Below, piece after piece: positions 51,513-61,838 of a DNA stretch of 64,000 nt. Origin of the DNA: Candidatus Eiseniibacteriota bacterium (GTDB lineage: Bacteria; Eisenbacteria; RBG-16-71-46); NCBI GenBank assembly GCA_044222065.1, contig JBGAOA010000010.1, forward strand, positions 1-64,000. The letters are read 5' to 3'. Under the pieces are notes generated by a model. It saw nothing but the letters and a program-made list of their open reading frames with translations. It was not told the DNA's origin and did no database searches. The number at the start of each line of letters is the position of its first letter. Position 1 is the stretch's first letter. The position numbers were made by a program, and so were the translations under genes.

Positions 51513-53288
51513 TCAGCGGCGGCGCTCGGCGACCTCCGCGCGCACGCGCTCGATGAACGCCTCGCGCGTCATCACGTCGAGCTGTCCCTCGCCCTTCCGG
51601 CGCGGGGACACCGTGCCCGCCTCGGCCTCGCGCGGGCCCACGACGAGCATGTAGGGGATCTTCTCGACCTCGGCGTCGCGGATCTTCGCGTTCATCTTCT
51701 CCTCGCGCACGTCGGCCTCCGCCCGCAGGCCCGAGTCCTTGAGCAGCCGCGCGGTGTCGAGCGCGTAGTCGAACGCCTTCGGGTTCGCGGGGATCACCTT
51801 GACCTGCGTCGGCGCGATCCACACCGGGAACTCGCCTCCCGTGTGCTCGATGAAGATGCCCGCGAAGCGCTCGAGCGATCCGTAGAGCGCGCGGTGCAGC
51901 ATGATGCACTCGTGATCCTGTCCGTCGGGCCCCGTGTAGTGGACCCCGAAGCGCTTCGGCAGGTTCAGGTCCACCTGGATCGTCGGGCACTGCCATTCCC
52001 GGCCGAGCGCATCGCGCAGCTTGACGTCGATCTTCGGCGCGTAGAACGCGCCGCCGCCCTCGTCCACCTCGTAGGGCAGGCCGCGCTTCTCGAGCGCCTG
52101 GCGGAGCGCGTCGGTTGCGAACGACCACTCCTCGTCGGTGCCGAGGTACTTCTCCTTCGGCCGCGTCGCGAGGTAGCAGACGTACTCGTAGCCGAACGTC
52201 TTCAGCAGGTAGTCCATCAGGTCGAGGATGCCCTGAACTTCGTCCTGCAGCTGGTCCGGCGTGCAGAAGATGTGCGAGTCGTCCTGCGTGAAGCCGCGCA
52301 CGCGCTCCATCCCGTGCAGCACGCCGGAGCGTTCGTAGCGGTACACCGTGCCGAGTTCGGCGAAGCGCAGCGGCAGGTCGCGGTACGAACGGCGCCGCGA
52401 CTTGTAGATCATGATGTGCCCGGGGCAGTTCATGGGCTTCGTGCGGTACGGCATGCCGTCCACGTCCATCGGCGAGTACATGATGTCGCCGTAGTTCTGC
52501 AGGTGCCCCGAGATCTCGAACAGCTTCTCGCTCGCGACGTGCGGCGTGAACACGAACGAGTACCCGCGGCGGAGGTGCTCTTCCTTCCAGAGCTTCTCCA
52601 TCTCGTGGCGCACCATGCCGAGCTTCGGGTGCCAGAAGATGAGCCCCGGCCCCACCTCTTCGTGGATCGAGAACAGGTCCAGCTCGCGTCCGAGCCGGCG
52701 ATGGTCGCGGCGCAGCGCCTCCTCGACGTTGCGCAGGTGCTGCTCCAGCTCGGCCGCCGACGGGAACGCGGTGCCGTAGATGCGCTGGAGCATCTCGTTG
52801 CGTTCGTTCCCGAGCCAGTACGCGCCGGCGACGTGCGTGAGCTTGAACGCCTTCACCTCGCCGGTGCTCTTCACGTGCGGCCCGCGGCACAGGTCGAGGA
52901 ACGGACCATTGCGGTAGGTCGTGACCTTCGCGCCCTCGGGAATGACCGTGAGGAAGTGCAGCTTGTACTTCTCCCCCGCCTTCTCCCAGTGCGCGCGCGC
53001 CGCGTCGCGGGTCGTCTCCTCGTACGCGAACGGCTGATCGGCCGCGACGATCTCGCGCATCTTCGCTTCGATCGCCTCGAGGTCCTCGGGCGTGAACGGC
53101 TTGTCGCGCGCGAAGTCGTAGTAGAAGCCGTTCTCGACCGGCGGACCGCCGGCGACCTTCACGTCGGGGAACAGCTCGGTCACCGCGGTTGCGAGCACGT
53201 GCGCCGCGGAGTGGCGCAGCCGGTACAGCGCTTCGCCGCCGGGGTAGTGGGTCACGTCGGGACGGTCGTCAGCTGTCGCCTGGCTCAT
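51513..53288 (-). CDS. thrS: Threonine--tRNA ligase (short form, no obvious N-terminal TGS domain)
   Basis: RHSAAH, DLCRGPH, RDHRRLG, KPMNCPGH, RVRGFTQDD, HRALYGSLERF. Confidence 0.97.
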   Translation of the reverse strand: MSQATADDRPDVTHYPGGEALYRLRHSAAHVLATAVTELFPDVKVAGGPPVENGFYYDFARDKPFTPEDLEAIEAKMREIVAADQPFAYEETTRDAARAHWEKAGEKYKLHFLTVIPEGAKVTTYRNGPFLDLCRGPHVKSTGEVKAFKLTHVAGAYWLGNERNEMLQRIYGTAFPSAAELEQHLRNVEEALRRDHRRLGRELDLFSIHEEVGPGLIFWHPKLGMVRHEMEKLWKEEHLRRGYSFVFTPHVASEKLFEISGHLQNYGDIMYSPMDVDGMPYRTKPMNCPGHIMIYKSRRRSYRDLPLRFAELGTVYRYERSGVLHGMERVRGFTQDDSHIFCTPDQLQDEVQGILDLMDYLLKTFGYEYVCYLATRPKEKYLGTDEEWSFATDALRQALEKRGLPYEVDEGGGAFYAPKIDVKLRDALGREWQCPTIQVDLNLPKRFGVHYTGPDGQDHECIMLHRALYGSLERFAGIFIEHTGGEFPVWIAPTQVKVIPANPKAFDYALDTARLLKDSGLRAEADVREEKMNAKIRDAEVEKIPYMLVVGPREAEAGTVSPRRKGEGQLDVMTREAFIERVRAEVAERRR

Positions 53289-53393
53289 CGGAGGATCCCG
53301 CGGAAAGGAAGAAGGCGGCGCGCCGCAACCGGCGCCGCCGCCTCGGCCCCACGCCGCTCGCACCTCGGGCAGTCGGGGCGATCGGACGGAAAG

Positions 53394-53469
53394 TGGTGGG
53401 CGCTACTGGACTTGAACCAGTGACCCCTTGCTTGTCGAGCAAGTGCTCTACCAGCTGAGCTAAGCGCCC
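53394..53469 (-). tRNA. tRNA-Val (GAC)
   Basis: GGGCGCT acceptor stem, CTTGC-TCGACAA-GCAAG anticodon arm, GGTTCAAGTCC, encoded CCA; 76 nt. Confidence 0.96.
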
Positions 53470-53564
53470 GCGAGGCGCAGCATTTAGCCGTAGGGCGCGT
53501 GAGGGTGTCAAGCGGCCGACCTCGACTCGCGCGCCCTTCCCGCATTCTCGGACGGAATGAAACC

Positions 53565-53594
53565 GGGTGCCGCGAACGTGAGTTCGCGACACCC
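53565..53594 (-). terminator. Terminator-like hairpin upstream of the tRNA-Val promoter region
   Basis: 13-bp stem GGGTGTCGCGAAC/GTTCGCGGCACCC followed by GGTTTCATT on the minus strand. Confidence 0.5.
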
Positions 53595-54354
53595 GCATCG
53601 TCCGGAGTCCCCCTCAGGCCTCCGGCGACGTCTCTCGCTTCCGGTCTTCTTCGTTCCGTCTCTCTCTCGCGACTCACGCCCGCCGCCCCGCGGCGAGCGG
53701 AGTCGGACGATCACTGTGCAACGCGCGGGCCAATCGCGGATCGGCCCGACTCGATCGCGCCCGGTCCCCGCATCGTGGACGACTCCTCGGACGCCTCGCC
53801 GTCTCGCGCGCGTCGAAACGCGAGGAGCCGCGGGTCCGACCCGCGGCTCGCTCGTCGTGGAGTCACGTCGTGACTCCGGCAGGCACTTGGTGAGGAAGCT
53901 GGAGAACTCCCTGTCGTCTTGGGCTTCCTTCCGCCGCGAGGCGGTGGATCCCGTTCACGTCATGCGCCCCCTTTCGCTCGGGTCGTGGCACGACGCGCAC
54001 GAGGGCGCGTCCGGGATCAACGTGGCCCACGCGAAGGCGTCGCTGGCGCGAGACGGCGAGCGGCGTCGAGCGGGATCGCCCACGGAGTGCGCGCGAGCGC
54101 GAGTCCGGTGGGGCGTCGGCGGCGCGGCGAAGTCGAGCATGGGCGTCTCACGGTGACGGGGCGGTCCGGGGCGCGGGCCTGCGAGCCGCGCGGGGGTCGG
54201 GATCGATTTCCCGAATCGCAATCGCCGCGCCACGGGGTGCAGCCGCGGACGTGCACGCAAGTGGCTGCGGCGGCGTCGCGGCGTGGCGCCAGCGCTGCGG
54301 CGAGGGGCAGGATCTTCCGAACGCGCGGCCGGACCTTCCGGACGATCGCGCCGC

Positions 54355-55576
54355 TCAGGCCGCGGGGCGGAACTCGAGCACGAGCGCGAGCGCGTCCTCG
54401 TGCGGGCGACGCCGGCCCGCGTGCGCCATCGCGGCGTCCACGGCGGCGCGCGCGAGCGACTCGACCGGCGCCGGACGCGCGGACTCGAGCGCTTCGAGCA
54501 GCCGTGCTTCGCCGAGCGGCTCCCCCGCCGCGTCGGGCGCACCCGTCAGGCCGCAGAGGCGATGACGAGCCGGTCGCCGGGCAACAGTCGCGACTCGGTC
54601 TCGGGAAGCGCGGCGTGCTCTTCCCCGTGCGGTTCGCCGCGTCGGTCGGCGATTCGCGTCACGCGCCCGCCGTCCGCGGGAATCCAGAACGGCGCCGCGA
54701 CGCCCGTGTTGCACGACGTCGCGCGGCCCCCGCGGCCGAGGTGGGCGATCCAGAACGCGCGCGCGGCGCCGGGCCGAAGCGCGAGTGCGTGCGCAGGTGC
54801 GCGAGCGTCGCGAGCCACGCGAGAGGCCGGTCGGAGCCCTGCGCCCCGCAAGCAGTCCTTCGAGGAACGCGCAGGGACCGAACGACTCCGCCTTGGAGCC
54901 GCGCGTCTCGAGCAGGTAGACGGTGTGGGACCCGTCGAGGTGCGTGAGCTGCCCGCACGTCACGGCGCCGAACGCGCGCGCGTCGCGCCGCGCCGCGGCG
55001 AGCGCGTAGTGACGGAACTCGGAGCGGCTCGCCGTCGGCCGGGAGCGAGGGCCGCGATGCGGCGCGCGCGCGTTCCACGGCGCTCGCGAACGCCTCTCCG
55101 AGCGCGGGCGCGCGCGGCGCTCGAGCAGGTTCGCGAGCGGCGCGGAGCGTGCGCCGCACCCTCGAGGTCCGCCTCGCCGAACGCGCTCGCACCGGCGGGG
55201 CGCGCGAGGTTCACGAGTCCGAGCGCGCCGTCGGCGCCGAGCACCGGCACGCACAGCGACGACCCCCACGCTCCGCCGAGACCCTCGAATCGCCCGTCCT
55301 CGGCGCGGCCTCGTGCTTCAGGGGCGCGCCGAGCAGCGAATCGGGCAGTCCGAGCACGACGCGCACGTGGAACCGGTCGTCCTCGCCGTCGGCGAGCGAC
55401 AACGAGGCGCGAGGCGCGTTCGCGGCCTCGGCGATGCGCTCGAGCGCGGCGCGCACGAAAGTCTCGTCCCCGGCCGCGTGGGCGGCGGCGAGGCCGGTCA
55501 GATCGGCCTCGAGTCGGGTCCAGTCGATGGAACGGTGCGGTGCGGCGGCAGGCACGGCGGGCGCCCGGTCGGGCAT
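54355..55576 (-). pseudogene. GAF plus SpoIIE/PP2C-like (RsbU-type) gene broken by about four frameshifts
   Basis: Consecutive fragments in different frames: SLCVPVLGADGALGLVNL (GAF), CNTGVAAPFW, LLPGDRLVI, GEPLGEARLLEAL, HEDALALVL. Confidence 0.7.
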
Positions 55577-55623
55577 GCGAAGACTCTCCCTGAGGAGTCC
55601 GGGTCGAAGTGCCTGCGGCGGAG

Positions 55624-55651
55624 TGATCGGCCGTTCGGGCCCCGCGCTTGA
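55624..55651 (-). promoter_or_regulatory. Sigma28 (FliA/WhiG)-like promoter
   Basis: TCAAG, 15 nt, GCCGATCA; same spacing as the site at 46024. Confidence 0.55.
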
Positions 55652-55675
55652 GGCTCGAGTCGCCGCGCGCGCGGG

Positions 55676-56689
55676 CTAGAGGTGGCGGCCGATCGCGCCC
55701 GCGATCGTGCGCACCTGGACGACGAGCTCGTCGAACTGCGACGGGTAGAGGGACTGGGCCCCGTCCGAGAGCGCGTGATCGGGGTCGTGGTGGACCTCGA
55801 CGATCAGGCCGTCCGCTCCCGCGGCCACACCGGCGCGCGCCATCGCCGCGACCTTGTTGCGGATCCCGGTGCCGTGCGAGGGGTCCACGATCACCGGCAG
55901 GTGCGTGAGCTCCTTCACGACCGGAATCGCGTTCAGGTCGAGCGTATTGCGCGTGTAGGTCTCGAACGTGCGGATGCCGCGCTCGCACAGGATGACCTGC
56001 GAGTTGCCGTGCGAGATCACGTGCTCGGCGCTCATCAGCCACTCTTCGATCGTGTTCGCGAGGCCGCGCTTGAGCAGCACCGGACGCTCCGCGTGTCCGA
56101 CCTCGCGCAACAGCGCGAAGTTCTGCATGTTGCGCGCGCCGATCTGCAGCACGTCGGCGTAACGCGCGAGCAGCGGCACCTGCGCCGTGTCCATGACTTC
56201 GCTCACGACCGCGAGCCCGTTCGCGTCCGCCGCGCGGCGCAGGATCTTGAGGCCCTCCTCGCCGAGGCCCTGGAACGCGTACGGCGAGGTGCGCGGCTTG
56301 AACGCGCCGCCGCGCAGGATCGTCGCGCCGGACTTCGCGACCGCCTCGGCGATCGTGAAGGCCTGCGACTCGCTCTCGACCGAGCACGGACCGGCCATGA
56401 TCGCGAGCTGCGCGCTGCCGATGCTGCACCGCCCCACCGTGATGATGGTGTCGTGCGGATGGAACGCGCGGCTCGCGAGCTTGAACGGCGCCGGGATCTT
56501 CGTGACCGACTCGATGGACGGGAACTTCTGGATGACCGCCCAGTCCACCAGTCCGGCCTCGCCCATCGCCGCGAGACGCACCTGACCTCCGTGATCGGTG
56601 CGGTGCACGGCGAGCCCGGCCATGCGCAGCCAGGCGATCAGGTCGGCGACCGCCGCTTCGGACAATCCGGCTTTGAGCAGCACGAGCAT
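55676..56689 (-). CDS. aroF: DAHP synthase type I-beta with N-terminal regulatory domain
   Basis: [42 protein letters not shown]. Confidence 0.96.
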   Translation of the reverse strand: MLVLLKAGLSEAAVADLIAWLRMAGLAVHRTDHGGQVRLAAMGEAGLVDWAVIQKFPSIESVTKIPAPFKLASRAFHPHDTIITVGRCSIGSAQLAIMAGPCSVESESQAFTIAEAVAKSGATILRGGAFKPRTSPYAFQGLGEEGLKILRRAADANGLAVVSEVMDTAQVPLLARYADVLQIGARNMQNFALLREVGHAERPVLLKRGLANTIEEWLMSAEHVISHGNSQVILCERGIRTFETYTRNTLDLNAIPVVKELTHLPVIVDPSHGTGIRNKVAAMARAGVAAGADGLIVEVHHDPDHALSDGAQSLYPSQFDELVVQVRTIAGAIGRHL

Positions 56690-56702
56690 CGGGTCAGGCC
56701 CC

Positions 56703-56734
56703 AAACAAAACGCCCACGCCGTCGTGGCATGGGC
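56703..56734 (-). terminator. Attenuator terminator upstream of aroF
   Basis: GCCCATGCC-acgac-GGCGTGGGC then GTTTTGTTT, ending 13 nt before the aroF ATG. Confidence 0.85.
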
Positions 56735-56758
56735 CGGGAGCTTCGAATCGCGACGGGA

Positions 56759-56839
56759 TCAACGCGCGCGATCGGGCTCCCGGCGACGCCAGGAAATCCC
56801 GAGTCCGCACCACCACGCACGCTGAAGCAAAGTCGTCAC
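56759..56839 (-). CDS. Trp-rich leader peptide MTTLLQRAWWCGLGISWRRREPDRAR (TrpL-like)
   Basis: GGAGG, 5 nt, GTG; tandem TGG TGG at 56810-56815 and a third TGG at 56789-56791; followed by antiterminator and terminator. Confidence 0.8.
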   Translation of the reverse strand: MTTLLQRAWWCGLGISWRRREPDRAR

Positions 56840-56867
56840 GAGCGCCTCCAAGTCAGGAACGCGCAAG

Positions 56868-56896
56868 AGGCTAGCACGGCCCGAAAAAACCGCCAA
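56868..56896 (-). promoter_or_regulatory. Sigma70-type promoter of the leader-aroF unit
   Basis: TTGGCG, 17 nt, TAGCCT, with extended -10 TG. Confidence 0.65.
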
Positions 56897-56907
56897 AGAC
56901 CCGTGCG

Positions 56908-57396
56908 TCACATGCGGCGGATGATCTCGTAGCGGTGCGGATCCTCCACGAACTTCGCCTTGTTCCCATCGTTCTCGAAGAAGTAGGGCCCGCCGAGCCA
57001 GTAGGCCTCCGGCGAGCGGCTCGAGGGCAGGAAGCGCCGGCCCGAGACCGGATCGCGAAGCGCACCGCACCACAGCGTCGGCGACAGCATGAAGCGTCGC
57101 AGCGTGCGCTCGTCGGCGAAGCGGTACACCTCGCCGTTCACGCGGAACTGCAGCGCCGCGTCGAGCGAGCCGATGCGGGTCGGATCCACCGGATCCCAGA
57201 GCGCGCGCGACAGGTGGAACAGCGCCCAGTCCGGATCGATCACCGGTCCCAACGGGACCGCGGTGAGCTCTCAGGTGAAGCGCGTGGACGGCGGACCGGC
57301 GAGCGCGTCGAGCGAGCGCTCGTTCGCGCGCGCGGCGCCGGCGAGGATCGCGGCCGCGGCGAGCGCCGCCGCGGCGACGGCCGCCGCTCGTCTCAC
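56908..57396 (-). CDS. Secreted double-YHS-domain protein with in-frame TGA at codon 42 (candidate selenoprotein, or nonsense allele)
   Basis: GTG overlaps the aroC stop; signal peptide ARA|N; ...TTC ACC TGA GAG CTC... stays in frame into DPV..NGEVYRF..F..SP and DPVSG..GGPYFF..F.EDP.RY repeats. Confidence 0.7.
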
Positions 57397-58454
57397 GCGC
57401 CACCCCGCAGCGCGCGCTGGCGGAGCCACGCGTCCACGAGCACGATCGCCACCATGCTCTCGGCGACCGGCACGACGCGCGGGCAGATGCACGGATCGTG
57501 TCGCCCCTCGATCGCGACGGTGCGCGTCCCGCCCTCGGCGGTCGCCATCGTCTGGGGCTTGCCGATGGACGTCGCCGGTCGCACCGCGACGCGCACGACG
57601 ACGTCGGCGCCGTTCGAGATCCCGCCGCTTACGCCGCCCGAGTGGTTCGTGCGGTAGCGCCCGTCCTCGAACACGTCGTTCGTCTCGGATCCGCGCCGGC
57701 GCGTCATCTCGAAACCGCCGCCGATCTCGACGCCCTTGGTCGCCGGGATCGAGAGCATCGCGGCGCCGAGCGCGGCGTCGAGCTTCGCCATCGTCGGATC
57801 GCCCCAGCCGGCGGGCACGCCGCGCGCGACGATCTCGACGACGCCGCCGAGCGAGTCCTTCTCGTCGCGCGCCCGTTCGATCGCGCGCGCCATGTCGGCG
57901 GCCGCGGCCGCGTCGGGGCAGCGCACGGGATTGCGCTCGACCTCGTCCCAGTCGCGCGCTGCCGCCTCGACGTCCGCGACGCGCACGGTGCCGCCGACGA
58001 TCGTGACGCCGGCGGTCGCGAGCGCGAGCTTCGCGAGCGCGCCCGCCGCGACGCGGCCGACCGTCTCGCGGCCCGAGGCGCGCCCGCCGCCACGGTGGTC
58101 GCGCACGCCGTACTTCTGCGCGTAGGCGTAGTCGGCGTGCCCCGGCCGGTAGACGTCCTTCAGCGCGTCGTAGTCCTTCGAGCGCGAATCGGAGTTGCGC
58201 ACGAGCATCGCGATCGGCGTGCCGAGCGTGACGCCGTCGTAGATCCCCGACAGCACCTCGACGCGGTCGGCCTCCTGCCGCTGGGTCGTGAGCGCGCTCT
58301 GTCCCGGGCGGCGGCGGTCGAGTTCGCGCTGGATCGCCTCGACCGCGACCGCGATGCCGGGCGGCATGCCGTCCACGACGACGCCGACGCCGGCGCCGTG
58401 CGACTCGCCGAACGTCGTGATCGTGAACAGCGTGCCGAAGGACGACGAGCCCAC
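57393..58454 (-). CDS. aroC: Chorismate synthase
   Basis: TFGESHG, RPGHAD, GGGRASGRET, GGISNG, GRHDPC. Confidence 0.97.
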   Translation of the reverse strand: MGSSSFGTLFTITTFGESHGAGVGVVVDGMPPGIAVAVEAIQRELDRRRPGQSALTTQRQEADRVEVLSGIYDGVTLGTPIAMLVRNSDSRSKDYDALKDVYRPGHADYAYAQKYGVRDHRGGGRASGRETVGRVAAGALAKLALATAGVTIVGGTVRVADVEAAARDWDEVERNPVRCPDAAAAADMARAIERARDEKDSLGGVVEIVARGVPAGWGDPTMAKLDAALGAAMLSIPATKGVEIGGGFEMTRRRGSETNDVFEDGRYRTNHSGGVSGGISNGADVVVRVAVRPATSIGKPQTMATAEGGTRTVAIEGRHDPCICPRVVPVAESMVAIVLVDAWLRQRALRGGA

Positions 58455-58906
58455 TAGCGCTTCTTCGGCCGTCGCGCGGGACGCGACGCGGCGCGCTTCG
58501 CGCTCGCGAGGTAGGCCGCGTTCACGCGCGCGCGGAAGGCGAGGTGGTCCTGCACGAGACGCTCGAACTGGTAGAGGTAGGTCGGCCGCAGGTCCGCGCG
58601 CGCGCCGGCGATCCAGCTCTTGCAGCGCTCCCACGTGACGATGTCCTCGCCCGTGTGATCGAAGAACAGGTCCGGGTGGAGCAGGCCGCGATTGACGAGC
58701 GTCCCGACCATTTCCCAGTACGAGATCGTCATCCGGAACCAGCGGTCCTCGTCCGAGTGCGACAGGTAGCGGGCCTTGATCTCGGACCACTCCCCGGGCT
58801 TGAACTCGCTCAGGAACCACGCGCGCGCGCGGCGCAACTGCGGCTCGCGCCGCATCTCGTAGAGCTTGAGCAGCAGTTCGGCGTCCGCCGGTGCGGGCTT
58901 GCGCAT
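58454..58906 (-). CDS. Conserved hypothetical protein (DUF4760-like)
   Basis: ADAELLLKLYEMRRE..R.AR.WF and SYWEM motifs; GAGGTGA RBS. Confidence 0.7.
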   Translation of the reverse strand: MRKPAPADAELLLKLYEMRREPQLRRARAWFLSEFKPGEWSEIKARYLSHSDEDRWFRMTISYWEMVGTLVNRGLLHPDLFFDHTGEDIVTWERCKSWIAGARADLRPTYLYQFERLVQDHLAFRARVNAAYLASAKRAASRPARRPKKR

Positions 58907-59042
58907 GTCGTCACCTCTCGGGTTGGGATCGATCGCGGAGCGCGAAATCTACTCAATCCCGTTCGCCCGGGTCGAGCGCCGAAGCACGCGCGTCGCCCGC
59001 GCGAGTTGCGTCCGCGGCGCGGGCAGGCTATCGCTCCCGCCC

Positions 59043-60584
<1,542 letters not shown>

Positions 60585-60842
60585 GGGCGCGGCGAAAAGA
60601 CGCGGGCGGACGCCCCTCGCGGAGCGCCCGCCGCATCGCGCTCACCGGGCGGTCGTTCCTCCACCCGGCGCGTATCGGAAGCGCCGCATCGGGCCTCACG
60701 ACGCCCTCCGTAGTCTCGGCGGCGAATGCGGCGGCTGTAGCCCCTCCACCCGGGACCGCGCGGGGCCCTGTGCTAGCGTGACACCGCAGCGCCGCGCCGC
60801 GCGCGGCGCGACTCCTCCACTCCGCACGTGTTCGAGGGCCGC

Positions 60843-61838
60843 ATGGACACCCCTTCCGAAACCCCGTCTCCCGCGCTCGTTCCGCCGAACGCTCCCGCCG
60901 CGCCGATTCGGTTCCAGTACGTCGCCGACGGCGGCGAACTGTTCGGCATTCGATTCATGACCTCGCTGCTCTCGATCGTCACGCTCGGGATCTACTACGC
61001 GTGGGGGCGGGCGCGCGAGCTGCGCTACGTCATCGGGGCCGTTCACGCCGACGACGACGAGTTCACGTTCCACGGCCACGGCCGCGAGATCTTCCTCGGC
61101 CTGCTGAAGGCGTGGGCGATGTTCCTGCTTCCGCTCGTCGGGCTCTACGCGGTGCTGCTCACGTCGAAGGACTCGGGCCTCGAGCTCGCGGTGCTGCTCG
61201 GCTTCTACGCCGTGCTCGGACTGTTCGTGATCTACGCCGCGATCGGTTCGCTGCGCTACCGCTCGAGCCGCACGACGTGGCGCGGGATCCGCTTCGGTTT
61301 CGACGGGACGTTCAACGAGTTCGGCGCCGCTTACCTGCCGCGCGTGCTGCTGGTCCTCTTCTCGCTCGGCATCGCCTATCCGTTCGTCGCGACCTGGCGG
61401 CGCGACTACGTGCTCTCGCACGCGCGCCTCGGCAGCGAGCGCTTCGCCTTCGACGGCAAGGCCGACGACCTGTTCGCCCGCTACCTGATGTGCTGGTTCC
61501 TCGCGATCCCGACGCTCGGCCTGTCGCTCGCCTGGTACCACGGCTTCCAGCAGCAGTACTTCTGGAACCACACGCGGCTCGCGGGCGGCCGCTTCCGCTG
61601 CGGACTCTCGGGCTCGGACTGGCTCGTGCTCGGGATCCAGAACGCGCTCCTCGCGGCCGTGACGTTCGGCATCGCCGTGCCGTGGATCTACGTCCGGCTC
61701 CACGAGCGCTTCTTCGGGACCCTGCACCTCGAGGGGCTGGACGTCGCGAAGCTGCGCCGCGGCGAGAGCGAGGGATCGGCGCTCGGCGAGGCGGCGGGCG
61801 ACCTGCTCGACTCGGACGGCGGCTTCGACCTCGGATGA
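60843..61838 (+). CDS. YjgN/DUF898 family membrane protein
   Basis: LLSIVTLGIYYAW, TTWRGIRFGFDG, repeated TLG/TFG TM units. Confidence 0.9.
   Translation: MDTPSETPSPALVPPNAPAAPIRFQYVADGGELFGIRFMTSLLSIVTLGIYYAWGRARELRYVIGAVHADDDEFTFHGHGREIFLGLLKAWAMFLLPLVGLYAVLLTSKDSGLELAVLLGFYAVLGLFVIYAAIGSLRYRSSRTTWRGIRFGFDGTFNEFGAAYLPRVLLVLFSLGIAYPFVATWRRDYVLSHARLGSERFAFDGKADDLFARYLMCWFLAIPTLGLSLAWYHGFQQQYFWNHTRLAGGRFRCGLSGSDWLVLGIQNALLAAVTFGIAVPWIYVRLHERFFGTLHLEGLDVAKLRRGESEGSALGEAAGDLLDSDGGFDLG

Noticed and set aside
53290..53393. T-box or thrS operator upstream of thrS
   Set aside because: Only about 100 nt separate tRNA-Val from thrS, and no T-box motif is visible.
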